A stretch of DNA of 64,000 bases from Candidatus Multivoradales bacterium (GTDB taxonomy: Bacteria > Acidobacteriota > Thermoanaerobaculia > Multivoradales > JAHEKO01), in contig CBDCXM010000009.1 in the NCBI GenBank assembly GCA_965223855.1, forward strand, positions 1,280,001-1,344,000, given 5' to 3'. The position numbers were made by a program, and so were the translations under genes. The first letter of the stretch is position 1. Every line of letters starts with the position of its first letter. A model generated the notes under the pieces. It was given only the letters and a program-made list of their open reading frames with translations, was not told the origin of the DNA and did not search any database. Below are positions 1 through 8,948 of this stretch, piece by piece.

Positions 1-438
1 AAGGTTTTCGACTCGCCGAGCCTCGATGGGATGGACAGCTTGACCCTCGCCGCTTGGGTGAAGCCCGACACGGGGGGCGGTGCGTCCCAACAGCGGATCG
101 CGTCCAAGGGAAGCTGCTACGGCATGTGGATCGAGGGAGGCAAGCTTAGGGCGTTCGTGGAAGCTGGAAGTCGCCTGGACCGCACGACGACGGCTTCGAT
201 TCCGACAGGTACGTGGACTCACGTGGCCTTGACCTACGATGGCGCGAACATGCGGGTCTACGTCAACGGCAAGTTGGACCTCACCGAGGCGGGCACTGGG
301 ACGGTCGCCAACAACGGACAGACGTTGTTCCTGTCGAGTAGCACCTCAACCAAGTTCTTCGACGGCATCATCGATGATGTGAGGATTTACGACTACGCTC
401 TCAGTCAGGACGAGCTTGACTTCATCTCGGCTCCCTGA
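1..438 (+). CDS. LamG/concanavalin A-like domain protein, C-terminal part (5' end outside window)
   Basis: Frame is open from base 1. Motifs LTLAAWVKP, WTHVALTYDG..MRVYVNGKL and FFDGIIDDVRIYDYALS are typical of LamG_3 domains. Confidence 0.85.
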   Translation, partial: KVFDSPSLDGMDSLTLAAWVKPDTGGGASQQRIASKGSCYGMWIEGGKLRAFVEAGSRLDRTTTASIPTGTWTHVALTYDGANMRVYVNGKLDLTEAGTGTVANNGQTLFLSSSTSTKFFDGIIDDVRIYDYALSQDELDFISAP

Positions 439-633
439 CGTGGAGTGGGTAGGCTAGGCTCCGACCGAACCGTCGGGGCCTGAGAGGTTGTATTTCGTGC
501 TGGACCGAAGCGGCGGTCGACCTCGGCACTGACACTCCCGACCGAGGACAGAGAACCAGAACGCGGGCGGAGGCGGAAGCGTCCCGCCCCGACCTCTCGA
601 GACGCGAGGAACTACGTCCCTGAGCCGGCCGTC

Positions 634-822
634 TTGACGACGCTTGCGGCTGCCGAGTACCTCAGCATGTCGCCCGCAAGCCTTGGAACAAGGCGATCTC
701 GCGGTGGCGGACCGAAGTTCTGTGAGCTTGGCGACGCGTTGTCTATCGCTGCAAAGACCTTGATGTGCGGGGCAAGGAGGGAGCGGCGTTCGACGAGCGA
801 TGAGCCCAGCGCCTCAACCTGA
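634..822 (+). pseudogene. Degraded excisionase/AlpA-like helix-turn-helix gene
   Basis: TTLAAAEYLSMSPASL..RSRGGGPKF; RRVVYR..DLD is in a shifted frame; tail RRSTSD. Same layout as the xis-like gene at 14039. Confidence 0.65.
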
Positions 823-888
823 TTCCTAGCTGATTACTGACGAGAAACGCCCCACAGACTCTGCGGGGCATAAGTCGTTGAAAGCAAG

Positions 889-965
889 TGGTGCACCGAG
901 GAGGATTCGAACCCCCAACCTCCTGATCCGTAGTCAGGTGCTCTATCCAGTTGAGCTATCGGTGC
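889..965 (-). tRNA. tRNA-Arg (ACG)
   Basis: Reverse complement is GCACCGATAGCTCAACTGGATAGAGCACCTGACTACGGATCAGGAGGTTGGGGGTTCGAATCCTCCTCGGTGCACCA: acceptor stem GCACCGA/TCGGTGC, anticodon arm CCTGA-CTACGGA-TCAGG, GTTCGAA T-loop, encoded CCA. Confidence 0.97.
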
Positions 966-1083
966 GTTCAGAGTGGCCGCTCGCGGCGGATGGGGATTCT
1001 AGGACATGGGGGGGAGTGGGGCAAGGCGAGGACCGGGGCTCGCCTATACTGGCGGGAGAACCGGATCAGCCACGGGGGTGCTC

Positions 1084-2148
1084 ATGCTGCGGAACAGGAT
1101 CGGATGGATCGCGACGTCGCTGCTGGTCGGCGCGATGCCGCTCGCTGCCGGCGGGCCGCTGGGATTCACCGGCAAGTCGGGGAACGACGCTCTGCGCGCG
1201 TTCGACCCTGCGACGGGGATGGCGGTCGGGGCGGACATCGATCTGTTGCCGGAGGGCGACTATCCCTACGACGCGACGGTCAACCCGGACGGGACGGAGG
1301 TCTGGATCGTCGGGGCCGTCGGCGACGGGGTGGTCGTCATCGACACCGAGACCCTTGCCGTCGTCGAGCGAATCGACCTCGCCGGCACGGCGGAGTATCC
1401 GGTCGACGTGCTCTTCGGCGGCTGCGGCAGGCCGGCCTATGTCGCCTCGCGCGACAGCGAGGTGGTGGCGATCATCAACCCCTCGACCTACACGGTGATC
1501 GACACGATCGACATGCCCGGGGTGATCGATGCCGGCAAGATGGCGATCAGCCCGACGCGCAACGAGCTCTACGTCGTCGACTGGTTCGACGACTTCCTCG
1601 TGGTCGTCGATCTGGCGACTCAGGCGACGAACGACATCGACATCGGCTCGAGCCTCTGGGACCTCACCATCTCCCCCGACGAGTCGACCCTCTTCGTCAA
1701 CGATCGCGGCACCGACGAGGTGCACGTGGTCGATCTCGACACTCTGATGGTGACCGACTCGGTGCCGGTGGGCGACGACCCGTGGGGGATCGACATCACC
1801 TCGGACGGCGCTACCGTGGTGGTCGCCAACGAGGACAGCTCTACGGTCACGGTCATCCCGACGGCCACCCTGGTGCCGCAGACGGTGTCGCTTCCGAGTG
1901 ACTCCGACCCGAGAGACGTCGTGATCGCCGAAGACGACGGCGTCGCCTTCGTGCCGTCGGGCGACATCGCCGGCGACGACGCGATCTACCGGGTCGATCT
2001 CGCCACCGGAGGACAGCTGGCGCCGATCGACGTCGGCGCGTCGAACACCAACGTCGTCGCCCTCGCGCCGGCCGGCAACGCGTGCGACCTCTTCGAGGAC
2101 GGCTTCGAGAGCGGCGACACGTCAGCGTGGAGCGCCACGGTTCCCTGA
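1084..2148 (+). CDS. Secreted YncE/YVTN-type beta-propeller protein
   Basis: Signal peptide; repeated blades (PYDATVNPDGTEVW, PWGIDITSDGATVVVAN, VTVI); C-terminal LFEDGFESGDTSAWS tail. Confidence 0.8.
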   Translation: MLRNRIGWIATSLLVGAMPLAAGGPLGFTGKSGNDALRAFDPATGMAVGADIDLLPEGDYPYDATVNPDGTEVWIVGAVGDGVVVIDTETLAVVERIDLAGTAEYPVDVLFGGCGRPAYVASRDSEVVAIINPSTYTVIDTIDMPGVIDAGKMAISPTRNELYVVDWFDDFLVVVDLATQATNDIDIGSSLWDLTISPDESTLFVNDRGTDEVHVVDLDTLMVTDSVPVGDDPWGIDITSDGATVVVANEDSSTVTVIPTATLVPQTVSLPSDSDPRDVVIAEDDGVAFVPSGDIAGDDAIYRVDLATGGQLAPIDVGASNTNVVALAPAGNACDLFEDGFESGDTSAWSATVP

Positions 2149-2200
2149 GTCTCAGTTCCTGAGTCACAGCTCCTGAGTTACAGTCCCCTGAGTCTCCGCT
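2144..2200 (+). repeat. Four imperfect 14-15 bp tandem repeats (CCTGAGTyWCAGyT-like)
   Basis: cctgagtctcagtt, cctgagtcacagct, cctgagttacagtcc, cctgagtctccgct; the first unit contains the upstream gene's TGA stop. Confidence 0.85.
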
Positions 2201-2202
2201 CC

Positions 2203-3279
2203 TTGATCAGCCGCCCGTTCGGCACCTCGCGACGCCGTCTCCTCGCCGCCCTGGGCCTGGCGCTCGCTCTCACCGCCTGCGGCGAGCCCGGCATCGAGGA
2301 GCGTCTGCACCTCGCGGCCTTTGCCGACGGCACCTCCGAGCTGCGCCTGGAGGTCGAGATCCCGCGAATCGCCGAAGACGCCTCGCCCGAGTGGGCCGAC
2401 CGGGTGGAAGAAGAGAGGCGCGCCTATCTCGAGGGCTGGGACCGCTGGGAGCGGCGCTTCGGCGAGGCTGGAGCGGTGCGCGAGACCTTCGCCTGGGAGA
2501 AGGGCGAGGGAGAGCTGCGGAGCCTCGAGCGCACCGCCGCTTTCGGCGACCCGGACGGCCTGGCGCGGTTCTTCGCCGACACCGACATCTCGGTGCTGCT
2601 CTTCCCCGACCCGGTCGAGGCGGAGCTGGTCGTCGCCACGGCGCCGTCGAGTCGAGCCACCGGCGAGGAGCGCGAGCTCTTCGAGGAGCGGCGCGAGCGC
2701 TGGGCACGGGCTGCGATCGAGTACATGGAGGAGGTCGGGCTGCTCTTCGCCTATCTCGACGCGCGCCCGGAGCGCGCCCGCTTCGTCTTCCTCGCCCTCT
2801 TCACCGACGCCGAGCCGCGGATGACCGACGGTGAGCTGGCCCAGCTGGAGACGCTCATCGAGGCGTTCAGCGCCGTCTTCGAGACGGCCGAGCGCCAGCC
2901 GGGCGAGGCGCTCGGGCTCGACGAGCTGGCGCGGCTCGTCTGCGACCCGTTCCCGGCGCCGCTCGAGGTGGTCGTCGACGGTCGGGTGAGCGAGGTCGAG
3001 GGGTTCGTCGAGGGCGCGGACGGCGGCTGGCAGGCGTCGGCGCCGCGACTTGAGCAGGCGCTCGAGCGCCTCGAGACGGCGTTCGTCGAGCCGCCGCTCC
3101 TGACGACTTACACCCGGGTGACGGAGTTCGGCGAGCCGTTCGACGCGCGGGAGTTCGCGGCGCGTCCCCGCCGGGTCGCCGAGCTGCCGACGACCGACGA
3201 GGTGGTGGAGCGTTTCGAAGAACTCCTGGCGCCGGCCGAGGAGTATCGCCTGCGCTGGCGCGTCGCCCCCGCCGGCTGA
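2203..3279 (+). CDS. Hypothetical lipoprotein
   Basis: RRR-hydrophobic-LTAC lipobox; 358 aa with host-like codon usage. Confidence 0.7.
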   Translation: MISRPFGTSRRRLLAALGLALALTACGEPGIEERLHLAAFADGTSELRLEVEIPRIAEDASPEWADRVEEERRAYLEGWDRWERRFGEAGAVRETFAWEKGEGELRSLERTAAFGDPDGLARFFADTDISVLLFPDPVEAELVVATAPSSRATGEERELFEERRERWARAAIEYMEEVGLLFAYLDARPERARFVFLALFTDAEPRMTDGELAQLETLIEAFSAVFETAERQPGEALGLDELARLVCDPFPAPLEVVVDGRVSEVEGFVEGADGGWQASAPRLEQALERLETAFVEPPLLTTYTRVTEFGEPFDAREFAARPRRVAELPTTDEVVERFEELLAPAEEYRLRWRVAPAG

Positions 3280-3303
3280 TCTCTTCTCCCTCCGAACGGC
3301 GAA

Positions 3304-3333
3304 GCGGGCGCCCGCCGCGAAGCGAGCGCCCGC
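3304..3333. terminator. GC-rich hairpin between convergent genes
   Basis: GCGGGCGC...GCGCCCGC stem; no clear U-tract. Confidence 0.3.
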
Positions 3334-3359
3334 CCGAAGGAGGTTTGCTGATCCGGGAG

Positions 3360-4556
3360 TCAGCGCCGCACGATCCGGATCACGCCGTTGATCGTCTTGA
3401 GCCGCACCAGGTGCTCGCCGCCGCCGGTCACACCGGTGGCGCGGATGATCTTGTGAGAGTCGCCGTAGCGGCGGCCGTCGCGACCGCTGCCGCGCGGCGA
3501 CCAGTCGGCCGGCTCGTCGATGTCGAGGTCGAAGTCGCTGTCGATTCGCGCCTTCTCCTCGCGCTTGCGCAGCTTCACCAGCTCGATGTCGAAGCGCGCC
3601 GAGAAGTCCGCCGGCAGGATCACCGTCAGGTCGCCGCCCATCGACTCGAGCTCGATGTCGTGAGAGCCCACGGTGGTGTAGCCGTCGACGGTGACCTCGA
3701 TGTCGCCACCCATGGTGGTCGCTTCCAGATCGCCGTCGAAGCTGTCGAAGGTGATGTCGCCACCCATCGTCAGCACTTCGGTCTCGCCGGTCGCGGCGCG
3801 AACGTCGATGTCGCCACCCATGGTGGTCGCCTTGAGGAAGTTGTCGACCGACGCGACGCGGATATCGCCGCCCATCGTCTCGACTTCGGCGCCGTTGGGG
3901 GCCTGGTCGACCTTGATATCGCCGCCGAACGAGTCGATCTTGACGGCGCTCGCGCTGCCGGAGCCGGAGCGGCGATCGTTGGTGCGGGTGACGTCGCCGC
4001 CCATGGTGGAGCCGTCGATGCTGCCGGCGACGTTGTCGAAGTTGACGTCGCCGCCCATCGTCGACACCTTGCCGTCGAGGTCGCTGTCGTTGACGTCGAT
4101 GTCGCCGCCCATCGTGGTGAGCTTCGCCTTACCGTTGAGCGATCTGAGGACGATGTCGCCGCCCATCGTGCGACCCTCGAAGTTCCCTTCGAGGTCGCGC
4201 AGCTCGACGTCGCCGCCCATGCTGTCGAGGTCGACGTCGAAGCGCGTCGGCACCTTGACCGTGATCTTGACGTCGCGGCCCCAGCCGTTGCCGCCACGGT
4301 CGCGGGTGTGGATCTCGATGCCGTTGGCGGTGCGGCGCGAGGTCGCCTCGACGCCTTCGGCGTTGCGGCCTTCGATCCTGATGGTAACGGTGGCGGTGTT
4401 GCCGGCGCCGCCGACCACTTCGATGTCACCGCCGGTATCGAGATCGAACTCCACGGTCTCACCGGGCGAGACGTCGAACTCGTCGGTCGTGGTGCCTGCG
4501 GCGAGGCTGCTGCCGAAGCTCAGGAAGAGAGCGAGGGGAATGAGGAACTTGCGCAT
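3360..4556 (-). CDS. DUF4097 family beta-strand repeat protein (secreted)
   Basis: Signal peptide MRKFLIPLALFL; many T/S-MGGD-I/V repeats; ends LKTINGVIRI. Downstream of the ECF sigma/anti-sigma pair. Confidence 0.85.
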   Translation of the reverse strand: MRKFLIPLALFLSFGSSLAAGTTTDEFDVSPGETVEFDLDTGGDIEVVGGAGNTATVTIRIEGRNAEGVEATSRRTANGIEIHTRDRGGNGWGRDVKITVKVPTRFDVDLDSMGGDVELRDLEGNFEGRTMGGDIVLRSLNGKAKLTTMGGDIDVNDSDLDGKVSTMGGDVNFDNVAGSIDGSTMGGDVTRTNDRRSGSGSASAVKIDSFGGDIKVDQAPNGAEVETMGGDIRVASVDNFLKATTMGGDIDVRAATGETEVLTMGGDITFDSFDGDLEATTMGGDIEVTVDGYTTVGSHDIELESMGGDLTVILPADFSARFDIELVKLRKREEKARIDSDFDLDIDEPADWSPRGSGRDGRRYGDSHKIIRATGVTGGGEHLVRLKTINGVIRIVRR

Positions 4557-4618
4557 GAGGAATCTCCTGAAGAGAGGTAGGTCGGTCGTAGGGGAGGGTG
4601 TGAGTCGTTGGATGACGG

Positions 4619-5530
4619 TCAAAGGGAGTTGCGGTTGAGGCGCTGACGCGCGTGCCACAGCACGGCGTCCTCACCGGTGGCGGGCGTCGCGAGGGTGTCG
4701 AGAAACTCGTCGCCCAGGAGCGCCTCGTCGAGAGATTCGACGGCGATCAGCCGCATCGCGACCGAGGTGTCGTTCTCGAGCACGGCCAGCAAGGTCTCCT
4801 GGGTGTCGGCCGCAAGCGGTGCTTCCGCCACCAGCCGCTGGAGCGCCTTGAGCCGCACCGAGACGTTGGGATCGCCCGTCGCTGCCTGGATCAGTGCGCG
4901 GCGCAGTCGGGGATGGCTGCCCTGGGCATGGCGCACGATGTCGAGGCGGGCGTCGAGCGGCGCGTCGCCGACCAGCGAGCCGGCGAGGATCTCGGTGACG
5001 AGGGCGTCGTCCTTCGGCCGCACCAGCTCGAGGTCGCTCTCGAGGGCGACCCGCAGGGCGACCCGGTCGCCGTCGAGCTCGTCGAGTTGCAGGTTCGTAT
5101 AGCGGAACGGCGTCGCCGGATCGTCGGCGCTCGCGGCGACGAACTCCGCCAGAGTCAGCGGTTCGGGTGCCGGCGCGGGAGCGTCGGTGCGCCCGAGGCC
5201 GAGGCCGACGGCGAAGGCGGCGAGCGCCGCCGCCAGCGGCCACCAGCGGGCCGGCGAAGGGGGGCCTCCGGCGGCAGGAAGAGAGACGACGTTGCCGCCC
5301 TCGAGGGTGCGGCGCACGCCGCTTCGCATCGCTGCGAAGTCGGCCGCCGACGGCTCGTCGCCGGGCGGATCGAGCCGCTCGAGTGTCGCCACCAGCTCGG
5401 CGAGCTCCTCGAGCTCTTCGCCGGCGACGCCGCCAAGGAGGCGCGCCGTCTCGTCGGCGTCGAGGCGCCGCTCGAAGAGCGCTTCCATCAGGGCTTCGTG
5501 TTCGCTGTCGTGTCGGTCGTCGTGTCCCAT
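4619..5530 (-). CDS. Putative anti-sigma factor with TM helix and C-terminal HEAT-like repeats
   Basis: Follows the ECF sigma gene; one TM (WWPLAAALAAFAVGLGLG); DPNVSVRLKAL and DTSVAMRLIAVESL repeats. Confidence 0.7.
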   Translation of the reverse strand: MGHDDRHDSEHEALMEALFERRLDADETARLLGGVAGEELEELAELVATLERLDPPGDEPSAADFAAMRSGVRRTLEGGNVVSLPAAGGPPSPARWWPLAAALAAFAVGLGLGRTDAPAPAPEPLTLAEFVAASADDPATPFRYTNLQLDELDGDRVALRVALESDLELVRPKDDALVTEILAGSLVGDAPLDARLDIVRHAQGSHPRLRRALIQAATGDPNVSVRLKALQRLVAEAPLAADTQETLLAVLENDTSVAMRLIAVESLDEALLGDEFLDTLATPATGEDAVLWHARQRLNRNSL

Positions 5531-5549
5531 GTCGGGCTCCGTTCCTGGG

Positions 5550-6092
5550 TCAGGAGGCGATCGCGAGCTGCTGGCGCAGCTTGCGCAGCCCCCGGAAGAG
5601 CAGGTTGCGGGCGGTTCCTTCGCTGCACTCGAGGATGCCGGCCACTTCGCGGATCGGCATCTCCTTGAGATAGCGCAGTTCGATCGCCATCCGGTGGCGC
5701 GGGTTGAGTTCGGAAAGCGCCGAGAGCACCTCGCGCTGGCGCTCGCGATGGAGCAGCTCGTGCGACTGGTGCTCGGGGGTATGGCGCTCGCGCACCAGGT
5801 GCCACGCTTCGTGCCGCGCCTGGCGGCGCGTAGTGCTCTTGGCGGTGTTGATGCCGACGTTGACGGCAATTCTCGACAGCCAGCTCTTGAGCGACTCGCC
5901 GCGGAAGCTCTCGAGCTTGCGGTACGCCTTGAGGAAGATGTCCTGCGTGAGGTCGAGCGCCTCCTCGGAGTTGCTGGCGAACGAGGCGACGAGGCTGTAG
6001 ACGAGCCGCTCGTAGCGGCGCATCAGCGTGTCGAAGGCGTCGAGGTCGCCGGTGAGGACGGCGTCGACGAGCTGGCGGTCGGTGGTTTCCAT
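5550..6092 (-). CDS. ECF RNA polymerase sigma factor
   Basis: GDLDAFDTLMRRY, DLTQDIFLKAY, SWLSRIAVN, region 4 EVAGILECSEGTARNLLFRG. Confidence 0.92.
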   Translation of the reverse strand: METTDRQLVDAVLTGDLDAFDTLMRRYERLVYSLVASFASNSEEALDLTQDIFLKAYRKLESFRGESLKSWLSRIAVNVGINTAKSTTRRQARHEAWHLVRERHTPEHQSHELLHRERQREVLSALSELNPRHRMAIELRYLKEMPIREVAGILECSEGTARNLLFRGLRKLRQQLAIAS

Positions 6093-6127
6093 CGGTTGAA
6101 CGGCCGTTCGGCCTCGATTCAACCCAT

Positions 6128-6162
6128 AGGACAGCACCCTGTGGGAGTTGTTAGCAACTCCC
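6128..6162 (-). promoter_or_regulatory. Possible ECF-type autoregulatory promoter overlapped by an 8-bp inverted repeat
   Basis: Minus strand reads AAC-N17-GTC upstream of the sigma gene; GGGAGTTG-ttag-CAACTCCC at 6143-6162. Confidence 0.35.
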
Positions 6163-6186
6163 GGCCGGCGAAGTCAGGCCCCGCGG

Positions 6187-6975
6187 TCAGTCGATCAGCC
6201 CGGTCATCGGGCTCGAGGCCGAAGCGTGGAGGCGCCGCGGGATCCGCCCGGCGTGGCGCGCCAGCCACCCCGCCTCGACGGCGAGCTTCATCGCCCGCGC
6301 CATCGTCACCGGATCGTCGGCCTCGGCGACCGCCGTGTTCATCAGCACCGCCTCGGCGCCGAGCTCCATCGCCACCGCGGCGTCCGACGCGGTGCCGACA
6401 CCGGCGTCGACGATCACCGGCACCGTCGCCTGCTCGAGGATGATCCTCAGGTTGGCCGGGTTGCGGATTCCCATGCCCGAGCCGATCGGCGCCCCGAGGG
6501 GCATCACCGCCGCGACACCCAGGTCCTGCAGCTTGCGGCACACCACCGGGTCGTCGTTGGTGTAGGGAAGCACCACGAAGCCTTCGTCGACGAGCGTCTT
6601 GGTGGCCACCAGCAGCTCGTCGTTGTCGGGGAAGAGGGTCTCCTTGTCGCCGATCACCTCGAGCTTGACCCAGTTCCAGCCGCCGAGCTCGCGCGCCAGC
6701 CGCGCGGTACGGATCGCCTCGTCGGCGGTGTAGCAGCCGGCAGTGTTGGGCAGCAGCAGATAGCGCTCCGGGTCGATCCGGTCGATCAGCGACCCGTGCC
6801 CCAGCTCGTCGAGGTTCACGCGTCGCAGCGCCACCGTCACCATCTCGGTGCCGGACGCTTCGAGCGCCCGCACCATCGTCTCGGCGTCGTCGTACTTGCC
6901 GGTGCCGAGAATCAGTCGCGACCGGAACTCACGGTCTCCGAGGCGCATCGGCGGCAGAGGGGCAGGCGTCGTCAT
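6187..6975 (-). CDS. thiG: Thiazole synthase
   Basis: [49 protein letters not shown]. Confidence 0.97.
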   Translation of the reverse strand: MTTPAPLPPMRLGDREFRSRLILGTGKYDDAETMVRALEASGTEMVTVALRRVNLDELGHGSLIDRIDPERYLLLPNTAGCYTADEAIRTARLARELGGWNWVKLEVIGDKETLFPDNDELLVATKTLVDEGFVVLPYTNDDPVVCRKLQDLGVAAVMPLGAPIGSGMGIRNPANLRIILEQATVPVIVDAGVGTASDAAVAMELGAEAVLMNTAVAEADDPVTMARAMKLAVEAGWLARHAGRIPRRLHASASSPMTGLID

Positions 6976-7035
6976 GGCACAGGTTTCCTTCGTGCGAAGA
7001 GGGTGGAGCGTCGGATGGGTGCGGTGGAGAAGGAC

Positions 7036-7689
7036 TCAGCCGTCGCCCGGCGTACCCAGCGGGACGTAGTACTGCGTCCCCTTGATCGGCTTCTGGAGCT
7101 GGGTGACCAGCTCCTCGAAGTCCTGCTCGCGCTCGACCACGTTGAGGTTGCGGGTGTCGACCACCAGGAGCGGCGAGCGGTTGTAGTAGTGGTAGTAGTG
7201 GTTGTAGGCGTCGATCAGCTCGCTCAGGTAGTCCTTCGACATGCGGCGCTCGAAGCTGCGGTTTCGCTTGCCGATGCGCTCGAGGCAGGTGTCGACGTCG
7301 GCGGTGAGATACAGCACCAGATCGGGGACCGCCACCTGCGGCTCCAGCAGGCCGAAGAGCTTGTCGAAGAGCATCAGCTCGTCGTCGGTCAGGTTGAGGT
7401 AAGCGAAGATCCGGTTCTTCGGGAAGGTGTAGTCCGAGACCAGGAGCTGCTGGAAGAGATCGCGCTGGAAGATGTCCTGCTGCTGCTTGAAGCGCGACAG
7501 CAGGAAGTAGAGCTCGGTCTGAAAGGCGGAGCCGGCGCGGTCGTTGTAGAAGTCGGTGAGGAACGGGTTGTCGACGTCTTCGAGGATCTTCGTGCCGTGG
7601 AAGCGCTGGGTCAGCATGTTGACGAGCGTCGTCTTGCCGACCCCGATCGGGCCGTCGACCGCCAGGTAGTGGAAGGGGAGCGAGCTCAT
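7036..7689 (-). CDS. Deoxynucleoside kinase
   Basis: P-loop DGPIGVGKTT, NPFLTDFY, FLLSRFKQQ, PDLVLYL, RNRSFE. Confidence 0.92.
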   Translation of the reverse strand: MSSLPFHYLAVDGPIGVGKTTLVNMLTQRFHGTKILEDVDNPFLTDFYNDRAGSAFQTELYFLLSRFKQQQDIFQRDLFQQLLVSDYTFPKNRIFAYLNLTDDELMLFDKLFGLLEPQVAVPDLVLYLTADVDTCLERIGKRNRSFERRMSKDYLSELIDAYNHYYHYYNRSPLLVVDTRNLNVVEREQDFEELVTQLQKPIKGTQYYVPLGTPGDG

Positions 7690-8856
7690 CAGCCGGCTAC
7701 CGGGGCCGCCGGCGCGGGTTGGCCGGGCGCTTCGGCGCCGCCCGCCGGCGGGCCGAGCGGGTTGTAGAGCGTGTCGCGCTGCACCGGCTCGAAGCCCGCC
7801 TCACGGACGATCCGCTCGAGCTCCGGCCGCGCCAGATGCTGCTCCGTCTCGGCACCGGCCATGTGGTAGATCGTCTCCTCGACCACCGTTCCGTCGATGT
7901 CGTCGGCGCCGAACGACAGCGCGACCTGCGCGAGCTTCGGCGTCACCATCACCCAGTACGCCTTGATGTGGTCGATGTTGTCGAGCACCAGACGGGACGT
8001 GGCGAGGTGGCGAAGATCGTCCGACCCGGTCGTGTGGTACTTGAGCCCCATGTAGTTGTTCTCGGGGTGGTAGGCGAGCGGGATGAAGGCGTTGAAGCCG
8101 CCCGTCTCGTCCTGAAGGTCGCGTAGCCGCATCAGGTGATCGACCTTGTGCTCCGGCTTCTCGACGTGGCCGTAGAGCATCGTCGAGTTGCTGCGGATGC
8201 CGAGCCCGTGGGCGATGCGATGGACCTCGATCCATTCGTCGGAGTCGAGCTTGCCGTCGCAGATGATCTCGCGCACCTCGGGGTGGAAGATCTCCGCGCC
8301 ACCGCCCGGCAGCGACCCGAGCCCCAGCCTCGCGCATCCGCTCGAGCACCTCGCGGATCGAGATCTTCTCGAGCTTCGCGAACCAGCCGATCTCGATGGC
8401 GGTGAACGCCTTGAGGTGGACGCTCGGGAAGCGCTCCTTCAACCCCCGCAGCATCTCGAGATACCACTCGAGCGACAGATCGGGGTGGAGGCCGCCGACG
8501 ATGTGGAACTCGGTGACCTTGTCGCCCCCCTGCTTCGCCGCGTGCTCGTAGACGTCGTCGTGGCTCATCTCCCAGGCGTGGTCCTCGCCCGGCAGCGCCG
8601 CGAAGCCGCAGAACTTGCAGTTGTAGGTGTAGACGCAGACGTTGGTCGGGTTGATGTGGCGGTTGATGTTGTAGAACGCCACGTTCCCATGTCGTCGCCG
8701 CCGCACCGTGTCGGCCAGCCGGCCGAGGTGCAGCAGGTGCGGGGTGGTGAAGCAGACGAGCGCGTCGTCGGCGCTCAGCCGTTCGCCGTCCCGGACCTTG
8801 GTGGCGATCTCCGTGAGCGATTCCGGGAAGCTCTCGGGCCGGATCGGACGAGTCAT
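7689..8856 (-). CDS. mqnE: Aminofutalosine synthase (radical SAM), split by a +1 indel near 8322-8325
   Basis: NRHINPTNVCVYTYNCKFCGF, HIVGGLHP, HLKAFTAIEI, then LPGGGAEIF...TMLYGHVE...HIKAYWVM...FGADDIDGT in the next frame. Removing one base of the C4 run restores one ORF. Confidence 0.88.
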
Positions 8857-8948
8857 GGGACGCGAGATGTTATCAGCCGCTTCCGGCCCCCGGCGGTCGT
8901 GCGCGAGCGCTCTCGGGGGCCGGCGGCGGGGGGTACTATGGGCAGCCG

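Larger units (their letters stand above)
1..888. mobile_element. Probable edge of a genomic island integrated at the tRNA-Arg 3' end
   Basis: Lies directly 3' of the tRNA, has an xis-like remnant, visibly less GC-rich codon use, and an IHF-like motif (TTTCAACGACTTA, minus strand 871-883) next to the CCA end. No integrase is in the window. Confidence 0.55.

Noticed and set aside
878-1498. 206-aa ORF starting MKASGAPRRIRTPNLLIRSQVLYPVEL
   Set aside because: It is the antisense reading of tRNA-Arg plus an off-frame overlap of the propeller gene.
2144-2200. Possible mini-CRISPR array
   Set aside because: Units are 14-15 bp, contiguous, without spacers, and no cas genes are in the window.
3690-4230. 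Regularly spaced GATGTCGCCGCCCAT repeats resembling an array
   Set aside because: They encode the MGGDI repeats of the DUF4097 protein and vary at synonymous positions.
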